Source: Magnetococcales bacterium
GTDB lineage: Bacteria > Pseudomonadota > Magnetococcia > Magnetococcales > JADFWU01
Length of the DNA: 64,000 nt
Direction: 5' to 3'
Assembly: GCA_015234045.1 (NCBI GenBank)
Contig: JADFWU010000001.1
Location: 127,943 to 191,942 of the forward strand
The notes under the pieces are model-generated. The model saw nothing but the letters and a program-made list of their open reading frames with translations, did no database searches and had not been told where the DNA came from. The position numbers were made by a program, and so were the translations under genes. Below are positions 11,118 to 21,120 of the stretch, one piece after another. The first letter of the stretch is position 1. Every line of letters begins with the position of its first letter.

Positions 11118-11549
11118 ATGACCATCCGTCGCGTGGATAAGACCACAACCGGGGCTGTCAGTAACAAAAAATCCCGTGAAACCGAAGCTTCAGGGGAAAA
11201 TTTTGCCCAGTTACTGGAAGGTGTTGCCGCCATGCGTGGCGGAAATCCGGTCGATGCTGTGGGTTCTGTAACGCCGGTTGGTGATGAAGGCGGTCAGAAG
11301 CGTCAGCAATTGGACCGTGCTGGTGAGTTGTTGGACTCTTTGGAAGAGATTGGCCGTGAGTTGACCGCGCGTCCTGGTGAGCGTGAATCAGAGATGCGGT
11401 CGCGTTTGCGTCAGACACGGGATGAAGCACTACGCACACTGAACGATTCGGCAACAACCAGTCGAGGCGAGGAGCGTGAGCTTCTGCATCGGACAGCGGT
11501 GATGGCGACAGTCGAGTTGGCCAAGAGTGACCGGGGCGACTATAATTGA
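11118..11549 (+). CDS. Hypothetical protein, possibly a FliX-like flagellar assembly regulator
   Basis: 143 aa, low-complexity and charged, with a strong AAGGAG RBS. The size and the C-terminal ...AVMATVELAK pattern resemble my memory of Caulobacter FliX. I have not verified this. Confidence 0.3.
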   Translation: MTIRRVDKTTTGAVSNKKSRETEASGENFAQLLEGVAAMRGGNPVDAVGSVTPVGDEGGQKRQQLDRAGELLDSLEEIGRELTARPGERESEMRSRLRQTRDEALRTLNDSATTSRGEERELLHRTAVMATVELAKSDRGDYN

Positions 11550-11574
11550 GTTATAGATAAGTATCTGGGATAGG

Positions 11575-11601
11575 TTTGGAAAGGGGGTTTCCCTTTCCAA
11601 A
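11575..11601. other. Perfect 11-bp hairpin downstream of the 11118..11549 CDS
   Basis: TTTGGAAAGGG-ggttt-CCCTTTCCAAA. No clear U-tract follows on either strand, so a terminator role is uncertain. Confidence 0.35.
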
Positions 11602-11943
11602 CAGCTGTCTTAAAGGTGCTGATGGAAAATCTCATCTGATGCCGATGGGTATCCCAATAAGATATTCTGCATCACTGAGTAAAAAGCGACTACAATTCCA
11701 AGTAAATTCCAATCATCCAGCCTCTCTGCCTGTAACACCTTCCAAGAGAGCACACTTAACTGTAATATCTTTGCCGGAACAGCCTCGTTTTACGGCTGAG
11801 TTCTGTATTGTCTGTTTGCTGCGGCTTCCTTGTTGAGGCAAGTATTGCCAAACAGTGAAGATCACACGTTACGGATGAAGATTGAATTTCTTTGTCCATC
11901 TTGTTGAAATTACTCCTGAAAGATCGCATAGCGAAACCGCGAA

Positions 11944-13740
11944 ATGACGCTGGATAAAATTCGTAACTTTTCCATTATCGCTCACATTGACCATGGTAAG
12001 AGCACCCTGGCTGACCGGCTGATTGAATTCACCGGAACGCTGACGGCGCGACAGATGACCGCACAGGTCCTCGACAGCATGGACATTGAGCGGGAACGAG
12101 GCATTACCATCAAAGCTCAGTCAGTGCGTTTGCACTACACGGCTAAGGATGGTGAGACCTATATACTCAATCTGATCGACACACCGGGTCATGTGGACTT
12201 TTCCTATGAGGTGTCCCGCTCGTTGGCGGCCTGTGAAGGGGCGTTGTTGATTGTGGATGCAGCCCAGGGTGTTGAGGCCCAGACCATGGCCAATGTCTAT
12301 CTGGCATTGGATAACGATCTTGAGATCATTCCGGTGTTGAATAAGGTTGATCTGCCATCTGCTGAACCGGATCGGGTACGCCAGCAGATTGAGGATGTGA
12401 TCGGTCTGGATGCCAGTGGTGCTATTGAAGCGTCTGCCAAGTCCGGCATCGGGATTGAAGAGATCCTTGAGGCAATTGTTACATTGATACCGCCACCAAC
12501 CGGCGATCCCGATGCACGGCTGAAAGCACTGATTGTTGACTCCTGGTACGATAACTATCTGGGTGTTGTTGCTTTGGCGCGTGTCTATGATGGTCGTATG
12601 GCCAAAAATAGTAAAATTCGCTTGATGAGCAATAAGCGGGATTTCCATTTGGATCGGGTAGGTACGTTCCAGCCCATGTTGACTGACCAAAAAGAGTTGA
12701 GTGCTGGTGAAGTGGGTTTTGTGGTCGCGGGCATCAAAGAGGTTTCTGATGCGCGGGTGGGTGATACCATCACCGATGCACGCAATCCAGCCGATGAACA
12801 GCTGCCTGGATTTCAGGAAGTGAAATCCATGGTGTTTGCCGGTCTTTATCCGGTGGATTCCGGTCAATATGAAGATCTGAAAGTTGCTCTGGAAAAACTC
12901 ACTCTCAATGATGCGGCCATCTCCTTTGAAGCGGAGAGTTCACCGGCGTTGGGATTTGGTTTCCGTTGTGGATTTCTGGGTATGCTTCACATGGAGATTA
13001 TCCAGGAGCGATTGGAACGTGAATTTGATTTGGCACTGGTTACTACAGCGCCGACGGTGGTCTATAAGGTAATTCTGACCGATGGTACCACCCATGAAAT
13101 TCATAACCCCTCGGACATGCCAAACACCACCAAGCGTCAGGAGATTTTGGAACCGTATCTGATCACCAGTATTATGGTTCCTTCTGAGCATATGGGTTCT
13201 GTAATGCAGCTCTGCACGGAACGGCGGGGCACTCAACGGGATATGTCTTATATCTCTGAAACGCGGGTACTGCTACAGTATGAAATGCCCATGAGTGAAG
13301 TGGTGGTGGATTTTCATGACCGTTTGAAATCCATGTCACGTGGCTATGCTTCTTTGGACTATGAGTTTTTGGAGTATCGTCCTTCTGATCTGGTTAAAGT
13401 GGATGTCATGATCAACGGCGATCCTGTTGATGCATTGTCAGTGATTGTGCATCGGGATTCCAGTCAATCCCGTGGTCGTGAGTTGGCCAAGAAGATCAAG
13501 GAAATTGTCCATCGACAGATGTTTGACGTGGCGATTCAATCAGCCATTGGCTCTAAGATTATTGCCCGTGAGACAGTGAAGGCATTGAGAAAAAATGTTA
13601 CTGCCAAATGTTACGGTGGTGATGTCAGCCGAAAACGGAAACTGCTTGAGCGACAAAAAGCCGGTAAAAAACGCATGAAGCAGATTGGTAGAGTTGAAAT
13701 TCCACAGGAAGCTTTCTTAGCTGTCCTCAAAGTGGATTGA
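11944..13740 (+). CDS. lepA: Elongation factor 4 (translational GTPase LepA)
   Basis: [28 protein letters not shown] and NKVD motifs are present, with the LepA C-terminal domain. Confidence 0.97.
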   Translation: MTLDKIRNFSIIAHIDHGKSTLADRLIEFTGTLTARQMTAQVLDSMDIERERGITIKAQSVRLHYTAKDGETYILNLIDTPGHVDFSYEVSRSLAACEGALLIVDAAQGVEAQTMANVYLALDNDLEIIPVLNKVDLPSAEPDRVRQQIEDVIGLDASGAIEASAKSGIGIEEILEAIVTLIPPPTGDPDARLKALIVDSWYDNYLGVVALARVYDGRMAKNSKIRLMSNKRDFHLDRVGTFQPMLTDQKELSAGEVGFVVAGIKEVSDARVGDTITDARNPADEQLPGFQEVKSMVFAGLYPVDSGQYEDLKVALEKLTLNDAAISFEAESSPALGFGFRCGFLGMLHMEIIQERLEREFDLALVTTAPTVVYKVILTDGTTHEIHNPSDMPNTTKRQEILEPYLITSIMVPSEHMGSVMQLCTERRGTQRDMSYISETRVLLQYEMPMSEVVVDFHDRLKSMSRGYASLDYEFLEYRPSDLVKVDVMINGDPVDALSVIVHRDSSQSRGRELAKKIKEIVHRQMFDVAIQSAIGSKIIARETVKALRKNVTAKCYGGDVSRKRKLLERQKAGKKRMKQIGRVEIPQEAFLAVLKVD

Positions 13741-13755
13741 GCGAGCGATTCGAAT

Positions 13756-14619
13756 ATGAGCTGGATCAATAGAAGATATAGAGTGCACAGTTTACTGATT
13801 TTAATCAGTGGGTTTTTCATGTTGGGCAGCTATGTCATCATGGGAGATTCAACCGAGTCTGAAGGCATGCGCTGGGGTGTTGTTGCTGGTGGTGGCTTGC
13901 TTATCTTTGGTGTGTATCTTTGGTTTGCTGGTGAGTCCTTTCTGAAAGAGCGGCAACAGACGCGGGAATATTATGAAGCCATTTTTATGGCCGTTGGTAT
14001 TGCTTTGTTTGTGCGGACATTTATTGTAGAACCGTTCAAAATTCCTTCGGGTTCAATGATTCCAACACTATTGGTGGGCGATTATCTGTTTGTAAATAAA
14101 ATGTCCTATGGTCACCGGATTCCTTTTTTGAAAAGTCGGGTATTTATGGGAGATGGTCCACAGCGTGGTGATATTGTTGTCTTTGAATATCCACAAAATC
14201 CAGCAAAAGATTATATCAAGCGTATTGTCGGTCTGCCGGGTGATCATATTGTCTATAATGATAAAAAACTGTACATTAATGGTCAGTTGATAAGTACAGA
14301 CAATGCGGAACAATACACTTATATGGCAGAGCGTGGCCGGTCTGTAAATGCGGTTAAATATACCGAGACTCTGGATGGACAGCAGCACAATATATTGTTG
14401 GAACCTGAGCGTTATACAGGGTTTCTTCAGGTAGATCAGGTGGTTCCACCACGCCACTATTTTGCTGTTGGCGATAATCGTGACAATAGTAATGATAGTC
14501 GCTTTTGGGGTTTCGTGCCTGAGCATAGACTGTTGGGAAGGGCGTTTGTGCTTTGGGGATCTTGGGATCACTATGAAGGCAGTGTCCGCTGGGATCGGAT
14601 AGGAAACGCTATTGAATAA
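13756..14619 (+). CDS. lepB: Signal peptidase I
   Basis: IPSGSMIPTL (catalytic Ser), KRIVGLPGD (Lys box) and GDNRDNSNDSR motifs are present. Confidence 0.9.
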   Translation: MSWINRRYRVHSLLILISGFFMLGSYVIMGDSTESEGMRWGVVAGGGLLIFGVYLWFAGESFLKERQQTREYYEAIFMAVGIALFVRTFIVEPFKIPSGSMIPTLLVGDYLFVNKMSYGHRIPFLKSRVFMGDGPQRGDIVVFEYPQNPAKDYIKRIVGLPGDHIVYNDKKLYINGQLISTDNAEQYTYMAERGRSVNAVKYTETLDGQQHNILLEPERYTGFLQVDQVVPPRHYFAVGDNRDNSNDSRFWGFVPEHRLLGRAFVLWGSWDHYEGSVRWDRIGNAIE

Positions 14620-14636
14620 TGGATTAGGCATACACT

Positions 14637-15041
14637 ATGGCTCTAATGCAACGTATTCGTCTATTTAGTCAATTGAGTGATAAGGCTCGAGCCAACATTA
14701 AATTGTATGGTTTGTTGACCTTTTTTCTTTTATTGATGTTTTCTGCAATGGCTATCTCTCCAGCTATTTATGAATATTCATTGTTGCGTGATTTGGCGGA
14801 TCGCATTGCCAGGGATTATGCCTCGTTCAGTCAAGAGCAGGTTGAAGAGTCTATCGAAATAGAGTTTGAACGTTTTAGGTTGGATATTCCGGTGGATGTC
14901 ATGCAGGTATATCCGGTTGCCAATAAAGGGTATAGCGTGGTAATTGACTATCAAATACCGCTGCATTTGGGTTATGGTGAGTATGTTATTTCAATTGATT
15001 CGTTTAAGCATTTTCGATTCCATTATCAGGTCGATCCATGA
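14637..15041 (+). CDS. DUF4845-like small membrane protein
   Basis: 134 aa with a single N-terminal TM. It occupies the conserved slot between lepB and rnc that DUF4845 proteins occupy in many proteobacteria. Confidence 0.5.
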   Translation: MALMQRIRLFSQLSDKARANIKLYGLLTFFLLLMFSAMAISPAIYEYSLLRDLADRIARDYASFSQEQVEESIEIEFERFRLDIPVDVMQVYPVANKGYSVVIDYQIPLHLGYGEYVISIDSFKHFRFHYQVDP

Positions 15042-15793
15042 GTGATGTTGATTCATCAGATGAAAAATCCATCGAGCTTGCAGACTGGTTTTTTGAGCAG
15101 TTTTCCTACCGATTCAGTGATCCAAATCTTCTGCTTCAGGCTTTGACCCATCGTTCTTTTCCTGCGCCAAAAATTGATGAAGAGAGTGTTGTAGATCCTG
15201 CTGTTTGGCATAATGAGCGCCTTGAATTTTTAGGGGATGCCGTGCTCAATCTTGCCATTTCCGAAATTCTTTATCTCCGTTTTCCTGAAGCACCAGAAGG
15301 TGAGTTGTCTCACTTTCGCTCAACATTGGTAAATACTCGATCATTGGGTAGTTTTGGTAAGCAATGGCAGTTTGGTAAATATCTGCGCCTTGGGCGTGGT
15401 GAAGATATGAGCGGTGGGCGGGAAAAAGTGTCCATTCTCAGTGATTGTGTTGAGGCGATTCTCGGTGCTGTACACCTGGATGGCGGTTTCGCTGAGGCCA
15501 GCTTGGTGATCAAGAAAATTTTCTTGCCACAAATTGAGATGTTAAAATCCGGGCAGTTGGGCAAGGATTATAAATCGATGCTGCAAGAGTGTTTGCAAGC
15601 TGAAGGGCGAACATTGCCAAACTATAAAGTTGAGGATGTCAGTGGTGCGCCTCATGAGCGTACATTTACTGTCTCATGCAAAGTGGATGGTGAGATGGAT
15701 GTTGGTGTTGGGAAAGGGCGCTCAAAACGAAATGCAGAGCAGAATGCAGCCCATGCCATGTTGGCGGAGTTAACTCTTTTGGACACTGAGTAA
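15038..15793 (+). CDS. rnc: Ribonuclease III
   Basis: NERLEFLGDAVL signature and a C-terminal dsRBD are present. The start overlaps the upstream stop by 4 nt. Confidence 0.93.
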   Translation: MSDVDSSDEKSIELADWFFEQFSYRFSDPNLLLQALTHRSFPAPKIDEESVVDPAVWHNERLEFLGDAVLNLAISEILYLRFPEAPEGELSHFRSTLVNTRSLGSFGKQWQFGKYLRLGRGEDMSGGREKVSILSDCVEAILGAVHLDGGFAEASLVIKKIFLPQIEMLKSGQLGKDYKSMLQECLQAEGRTLPNYKVEDVSGAPHERTFTVSCKVDGEMDVGVGKGRSKRNAEQNAAHAMLAELTLLDTE

Positions 15794-16734
15794 TGGGCGC
15801 TCAAAGTGCGTCTAATACTGCGGCCTTTCGATCAGGTTTTATAGCTGTTATTGGTCGGCCCAATATGGGTAAGTCCACATTTTTGAATCGTGTTCTTGGT
15901 CAAAAAGTCGCTATTGTCACACCAAAGGCACAAACAACGCGCAGTCGGATTCTTGGTGTGTGTCATCGTAAAAACTGTCAGATGGTTTTTCTTGATACGC
16001 CTGGCATTCATCATGCTGGTGGCAACCGCCTAAACCAAACCATGGTCAAGACAGCCTATGATGCCTGTCGAGAAGTGGATCATATTTTATTATTGGTTGA
16101 TCTGCCTGATGGCATGAAAGAAGCGGACTTTGATATTGTTGATCAACTGATTAAACGGCCTGGCACAACGCCGACCATTACATTGTTGATCAATAAAATT
16201 GATGATCTTTCTGCCGATGAACGACACGCATTTGATTTTGCATTGCGTGAGATTGATCCTGAAATATCCGCGCTGTTTGACCGTATTATTCCCATTTCGG
16301 CCAAACATGGTAATGGTGTCAAAGATGTACTGACACACTTGAAAAACAAGATGCCGGTTGGTCCGCACTATTTTCCTGAAGATCAGATTACAGATCAGCC
16401 TGAGCGGTTTATTGCAGCGGAAATTGTTCGCGAGAAGCTATTCCTCAATCTTCGCCAGGAGTTACCCTATGATTTGGCTGTGGTGACTGAATCCTATAAG
16501 GAAGAGGGTAAGATACTCCATCTTCATGTAGCGATTTGGGTGACCCGTGATTCGCAAAAAGGGATGGTGATTGGTCGAAAAGGCGCGATTTTGAAAAAAG
16601 TGGGTGAAGCCGCACGCAAAGAGATGGAACGCCTGCTCAATACCCGAATCTATTTGCAGTTATGGGTTCAGGTCAAAAAGGATTGGAGTCGCCGGGACAG
16701 CATGCTCAGAGAGTTGGGCTATCTGGATTCCTGA
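15793..16734 (+). CDS. era: GTPase Era
   Basis: GRPNMGKST, DTPG and NKID motifs are present, with a C-terminal KH domain. Confidence 0.95.
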   Translation: MGAQSASNTAAFRSGFIAVIGRPNMGKSTFLNRVLGQKVAIVTPKAQTTRSRILGVCHRKNCQMVFLDTPGIHHAGGNRLNQTMVKTAYDACREVDHILLLVDLPDGMKEADFDIVDQLIKRPGTTPTITLLINKIDDLSADERHAFDFALREIDPEISALFDRIIPISAKHGNGVKDVLTHLKNKMPVGPHYFPEDQITDQPERFIAAEIVREKLFLNLRQELPYDLAVVTESYKEEGKILHLHVAIWVTRDSQKGMVIGRKGAILKKVGEAARKEMERLLNTRIYLQLWVQVKKDWSRRDSMLRELGYLDS

Positions 16735-16736
16735 TC

Positions 16737-17519
16737 ATGCAGTTTTCTCAACCCGCACTTGTTTTACGCCGTACTCCCTATCAAAACAGTTCCATGATAC
16801 TCAATATATTGACCCGAGAAGAGGGCCGATTAGGTCTAATGGCTAAAGGACTGCGCCGGTCAAAAAGTCCCAACCGTGCTTCTCTGGCTGGGTATCATAC
16901 TGTTCTTGTTCACTATAAAAAAAAACAAAACAGTGGGTTAGCGCTCCTGAATAGTGCTGAAATTATTCGAGGACGGCATGTTGTTGGGATGCGCTCGGCG
17001 GCAGTGTCAGCGGTTCATGTGATTTATGAAACGCTTTATAGAAATATGCCTGAGCATGATCCTGACGCTATGTTGTTTGATATCGTGACTGAATATCTGG
17101 ATGGTTTGGATCAAGGAAATTCCGTGCTTGAACATACAGCACTGGTACTCGGAAAAATCCTAAAACAACTCGGTTATGGTTGGGATCTGTCTCATTGTGT
17201 GGGGTGTGGTGTTGAACAGGGATTCAACTATTTTTCGGTGCGTCGTGGTGGCGTGCTCTGTAACGCATGTGGACAACCACATAAGAATCGCCTTTTTCAG
17301 CTCTCCTCAGCCCTTTGTCAGATAATGAGATCACTGGAATATCCATTGGAACATAAGCTACTATCTGCGCGAGAGTGGCAGGTGTTTTATGGGATCGGTC
17401 AAGCCTGTATGGCCTTTCACAGCAGTAGGAAAATGGTGTCGGATAAACTGTTTCGCCAAGTGGTTGATATACCGTTGTCACTTGGCCCATGGAACGCGCA
17501 TGATACGCAACGGGATTGA
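16737..17519 (+). CDS. recO: DNA repair protein RecO
   Basis: The N-terminal OB-fold pattern starts at ATG 16737 (MQFSQPALVLRRTPYQNSSMIL). A CxxC...CxxC zinc motif is present (CVGCG...CNACG). Confidence 0.85.
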   Translation: MQFSQPALVLRRTPYQNSSMILNILTREEGRLGLMAKGLRRSKSPNRASLAGYHTVLVHYKKKQNSGLALLNSAEIIRGRHVVGMRSAAVSAVHVIYETLYRNMPEHDPDAMLFDIVTEYLDGLDQGNSVLEHTALVLGKILKQLGYGWDLSHCVGCGVEQGFNYFSVRRGGVLCNACGQPHKNRLFQLSSALCQIMRSLEYPLEHKLLSAREWQVFYGIGQACMAFHSSRKMVSDKLFRQVVDIPLSLGPWNAHDTQRD

Positions 17520-17570
17520 TCATTCTGTCATTCCGACAAAATGCTTATATTTGAATGAGGAAGCGGAAAC

Positions 17571-17747
17571 ATGTTGGATAAAAAATTGTTGGAAATGTTG
17601 GTGTGTCCTCAGTGTAAAGGAACACTGAGTCTTGATCGTCAAGCGCAAGAGCTGGTATGTGAGAAAGAACAGTTGGCCTTTCCCATCCGTGATGATATTC
17701 CAGTCATGTTAATTGATGAAGCGCGTCAGATCCCCGATGAAGTTTAA
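17571..17747 (+). CDS. Trm112/UPF0434 (YcaR-like) small zinc-ribbon protein
   Basis: 58-aa ORF missing from the supplied track because it is under 60 aa. Sequence: [53 protein letters not shown], which matches the Trm112 family pattern. Confidence 0.75.
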   Translation: MLDKKLLEMLVCPQCKGTLSLDRQAQELVCEKEQLAFPIRDDIPVMLIDEARQIPDEV

Positions 17748-18056
17748 GCTGGCTGTTTCTTAAGGAAAAAACATGTCAGTTCAGTCGTGATTTAGGAATA
17801 ATTTACATTTACTTTAGGCTGAGTTTAAGGTAAATAAGTAAAAAAGTTCGATAAAGATCGAATTAAGGGCGCACATCCTCACTATAGAAAGGATGGTTGC
17901 CAACTCAATGGGTCGTGATATCTATTTCGTCTTCCATGAAGAATGAAACACTGCTCTTTATTAGTAGTATCAAAGCGCTTTGTTTAAAGAAATCACTATT
18001 GCGATCAAATAGTAATTTGGGTAACTGGACCCACTTTCGTGTCAGTGGAGAACACT

Positions 18057-19487
18057 ATGGAATTGATTCTCATCGGAAAGCTGGTGGCAATTTTGCTACT
18101 GGTCATAGGCAACGCCTTCTTTGTCGGCTCAGAGGTGGCGATTACGGCCGCACGTCCGAGTCGTATTCGCCAAATGGCGGCAGAAGGTCACAAACGCGCA
18201 GCAATTGTTAAGCTTCTTCATGACGAACCCAGCCGGTTCTATGCCGTTACACAGATTGGTATTACGTTGGTTTCCATGGCACTTGGTGCTGTTGGTATGG
18301 ATGCCATCTCGGAAGTGATTGGGCCCGGTATGAAAGGGCTGTTTGGCATGTTTGGTGATACCGAGGGTGTCATTCATGCGGCTGAGGTTACCGCTTGGGC
18401 AATCTCCTTCGTAATCGTCTCATTCCTGCATGTTGTGGGCGGTGAGTTGGCTCCTAAGGTATTGGCTTATAACAAATCTATCCAGATGAGTTGTGCGTTG
18501 GGTTGGATTGTTAATGGTCTCTACAAAATGTGGATCCCAATTATCTGGGTTATGAATCACTCTTCCAACTATCTCCTGATTGCCTGTGGTCAAGGCGATA
18601 TCGTTGGTGGTGACGGCCACGGACATGGCGCAACAACCATGAGTCGTGATGAGTTGACCATGGTGATCAGTGCTTCCACCAGTTCAGGCAGTATCAACAA
18701 AGATATGGGACGCATGTTGAGCGGTGTGTTTGATTTAGAAGAAGATACTGTCGATCAAGTGATGGTTCCCAAGCCTGATGTCGATGGTTTGCCAGAAACA
18801 GCAACCATGGCTGAAGCGCTTTCATTCTTCAGTAAAAGAAATCACCGTCGGTACCCAATCTTTGATAAGAATCGTGATCGTGTGATTGGTGTGATGGCGA
18901 TTAAACAGCTGATGCATATTTTGCAAGAAGAGAAGGGCAACTATGCAGCGTTTCTAAAAAGACCCATCTCCGACTTCATGCGTCGTGATCCTTTCATCCT
19001 GCCCTCAGGCACCAAGCTGAGCCAAGCATTGAAAGAGTTTGAAACCCATCGCCGTCAGTTCGGTATGGTCATTGATGAGTATGGCACCATGGTTGGTGTG
19101 TTGACACCTGAAAGCATTACCACTCGTTTGGTCGGTGAGCTGACAGATGAATTTGCACCGGGTACACAAAGTATTCAGAAGCTGGTCGGCAGTCAGTGGG
19201 AAATCGCTGGTAGTTTCAAAGTGGCTAACCTGGAAATGGCGCTTGACTTTCCATTTCCCCATGCACACAGTGATTATGTGACAATCGGTGGCCTGATGTT
19301 CAATAAGCTTGGTCGTATACCTGAAGTGGGTGACGTGGTTCAACTGGATAATGGGCGTATGCAGGTTCTGGAAATTAATAATATGCGTATTTCCAGAGTG
19401 TTGTTCCAACGTCTGGCTATTGATGAAAGCGGCCAATGGAAACTGGCTGACAGGGATTCCGTTGCTGAGATTCAAGAGGCAGCCTAA
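18057..19487 (+). CDS. CNNM/HlyC-CorC family transporter (DUF21, CBS pair, CorC_HlyC)
   Basis: An N-terminal 4-TM DUF21 domain is followed by a CBS pair and a C-terminal transporter-associated domain. The start could be ATG 18057 or ATG 18039. Confidence 0.85.
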   Translation: MELILIGKLVAILLLVIGNAFFVGSEVAITAARPSRIRQMAAEGHKRAAIVKLLHDEPSRFYAVTQIGITLVSMALGAVGMDAISEVIGPGMKGLFGMFGDTEGVIHAAEVTAWAISFVIVSFLHVVGGELAPKVLAYNKSIQMSCALGWIVNGLYKMWIPIIWVMNHSSNYLLIACGQGDIVGGDGHGHGATTMSRDELTMVISASTSSGSINKDMGRMLSGVFDLEEDTVDQVMVPKPDVDGLPETATMAEALSFFSKRNHRRYPIFDKNRDRVIGVMAIKQLMHILQEEKGNYAAFLKRPISDFMRRDPFILPSGTKLSQALKEFETHRRQFGMVIDEYGTMVGVLTPESITTRLVGELTDEFAPGTQSIQKLVGSQWEIAGSFKVANLEMALDFPFPHAHSDYVTIGGLMFNKLGRIPEVGDVVQLDNGRMQVLEINNMRISRVLFQRLAIDESGQWKLADRDSVAEIQEAA

Positions 19488-19516
19488 TACGGTTTGCGGA
19501 TTGATGTTGGATTTTG

Positions 19517-19556
19517 AAAAAAACCTGTCTAGGTTATCCTGGTACAGGTTTTTTTC
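19517..19556 (+). terminator. Rho-independent terminator after the CNNM gene
   Basis: aaaaaaACCTGT...ACAGGTttttttc. The stem is followed by a T-run at 19550-19555. Confidence 0.55.
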
Positions 19557-19616
19557 ATTTCTGCGATGGTGTGATGCATCATATTTGGGTGGGTTTATGG
19601 TGGTTTTGAATTGAAA

Positions 19617-19759
19617 TAACTTTGAATAGTAAGTGGTTCCGGACCTGGAGATGTCTTTGCTCTGATGATCTGCTTCGCATATCAATAGCGGCGCAAAAAC
19701 ATGACCAGGGCTTCCACTCAGGTTGTGATCCATTGTCAAATTTTGGATCGAAATGACTA
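19617..19759 (+). repeat. Intergenic repeat copy B (paralog of 676..818)
   Basis: Same orientation as copy A and roughly 85% identical by hand alignment. It contains the identical core TGCTCTGATGATCTGCTTCGCATATCAA. Confidence 0.6.
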
Positions 19760-20256
19760 TAAGGAAACTTGGGGGAAGTCTGGATGGGTTTGTATTGGGA
19801 AAGAATGAAAAGATCCTAAAAGAATCTGTCGAAAAGTGCATCAGGGCCACGAAAAAAACCGGAAGAGCCAAAAAAATAATCATCCCATTCGCTGGTTAAT
19901 ATTGGTCCGTCTGTTGCGTTCAGAAAGGGTTACACGCAATAGGCATGCGCCTCTTTCTGAGTCTTGCGGACGAATCAGTATATTGCGTAATTGGGATAAT
20001 CGATTTTTCCTTGGCACTAATAGCCATAGTGAACGAAATTTCGTCTACTGAAAGCTATTTTGATACCAAGTAGGAGTTACGCAGTTGCCAGTTGAAACAG
20101 GCATCAAAGCGAGTACCATCATTCCCGCTTCTGCGAGAATGATGGGTTCAAAATTCATTCAACTGCGTAACGCCTACTGTGAACCTGTTTATGAGTGCCT
20201 CAATAGGCTCTTCATGAATTGGTTCAGGTGCCTGCCACTTCCACATGACTGGGCCG

Positions 20257-20526
20257 CTAAACCCAACGAGGCTCCCACATGCCATCACCATTGGGTGATG
20301 ATCCATAATCAGCACCGAGAGGATAGTCTCTATCCAATCCGCCCATGCTGTTATTGCTTCCTGCTTCACAGGCCAACCACTCATCTTCCGGTGTTGCAGA
20401 GAGAATGGTTACACCAAGAAGAGGATCCATCCGATTGATACGATATTGGAATTCAGCTAATTTATTTTCATCAACCAAGTATTTACGCACTTCTTTACCA
20501 TCAAACATATCGACTAGATACCGCAT
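20257..20526 (-). CDS. Hypothetical 89-aa protein, possibly the 5' part of a frameshifted gene running to 20148
   Basis: ATG 20526 is preceded by a strong AAGGAG RBS. A second protein-like frame (20148..20384, ...IMDHHPMVMACGSLVGFSGPVMWKW...) overlaps its 3' half. That frame ends just before a 9-bp hairpin (20116-20124 / 20137-20145). Confidence 0.4.
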   Translation of the reverse strand: MRYLVDMFDGKEVRKYLVDENKLAEFQYRINRMDPLLGVTILSATPEDEWLACEAGSNNSMGGLDRDYPLGADYGSSPNGDGMWEPRWV

Positions 20527-20583
20527 GGTGTTTCTCCTTATTTTCGAGTCGCTAAACGACATCCCTATTCAGGGAGAGCGACC

Positions 20584-20694
20584 TCAGTCCGTTGATTCAA
20601 GGGCGATAATGCCCAGTAGAACAATTGCACCCAATAGAAGAAGTGAGACTGCTATAACGATGTCACACCTCCGTTGAGGCTTGTCCCTGTTCAT
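20584..20694 (-). CDS. Candidate 36-aa single-TM peptide
   Basis: Not in the supplied track. Sequence: MNRDKPQRRCDIVIAVSLLLLGAIVLLGIIALESTD, a basic N-terminus followed by one hydrophobic helix. It lies 57 nt upstream of the 20526 gene on the same strand. No convincing SD is present. Confidence 0.25.
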   Translation of the reverse strand: MNRDKPQRRCDIVIAVSLLLLGAIVLLGIIALESTD

Positions 20695-21048
20695 TTTTGG
20701 TCATTCGAACCGTTTGATAGTAATGAATGCATTGAATGTGCCAACTATTATTAGTGTTTTAAATCAATGAGTTGAATAAAATGCTAATATGTTGACGGAA
20801 AATTATGACAAAAAATCGCCGGAAAAATACGGCAGATTTGGCAGTTATTGAGTGTGTGTGGACGTAGGCTGTTTGGCTTGAGTGCTAATTTAAAATATGA
20901 CGATATGGAGGTGTGTCTGTCGATCGTTTTGTATCAAATAGATTAACAAGTAATTACTAGTTAAATTATTGCTGTATATTTATTGTTAATTTTTTTGGTC
21001 GTTATATTATTGTTTGGAATGAATTTTCATTAATTTAAACCTGTAAAG

Positions 21049-21076
21049 TTGACATGAAAATATTATAAGATATGAT
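21049..21076 (+). promoter_or_regulatory. Near-consensus sigma70-type promoter
   Basis: TTGACA (21049-21054), a 16-nt spacer, then TATGAT (21071-21076). It lies ~45 nt upstream of the 21121 start inside a very AT-rich spacer. Confidence 0.4.
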
Positions 21077-21120
21077 CTGTTTTTTTCCATATCCCTCAAT
21101 TTGAGTGAAGGTGAAGAGTG

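Noticed and set aside
11576-11836. 86-aa ORF in the leuA/lepA spacer, and the possibility of an RNA gene there
   Set aside because: The ORF starts inside a hairpin and has no RBS and odd composition. I found no RNase P, tmRNA, SRP, 6S or tRNA signatures by eye. It is left unannotated.
19005-19883. 292-aa ORF on the - strand
   Set aside because: It is mostly antisense to the well-supported CNNM/CorC gene. The rest crosses a terminator and repeat copy B. The translated sequence is low-complexity and not protein-like.
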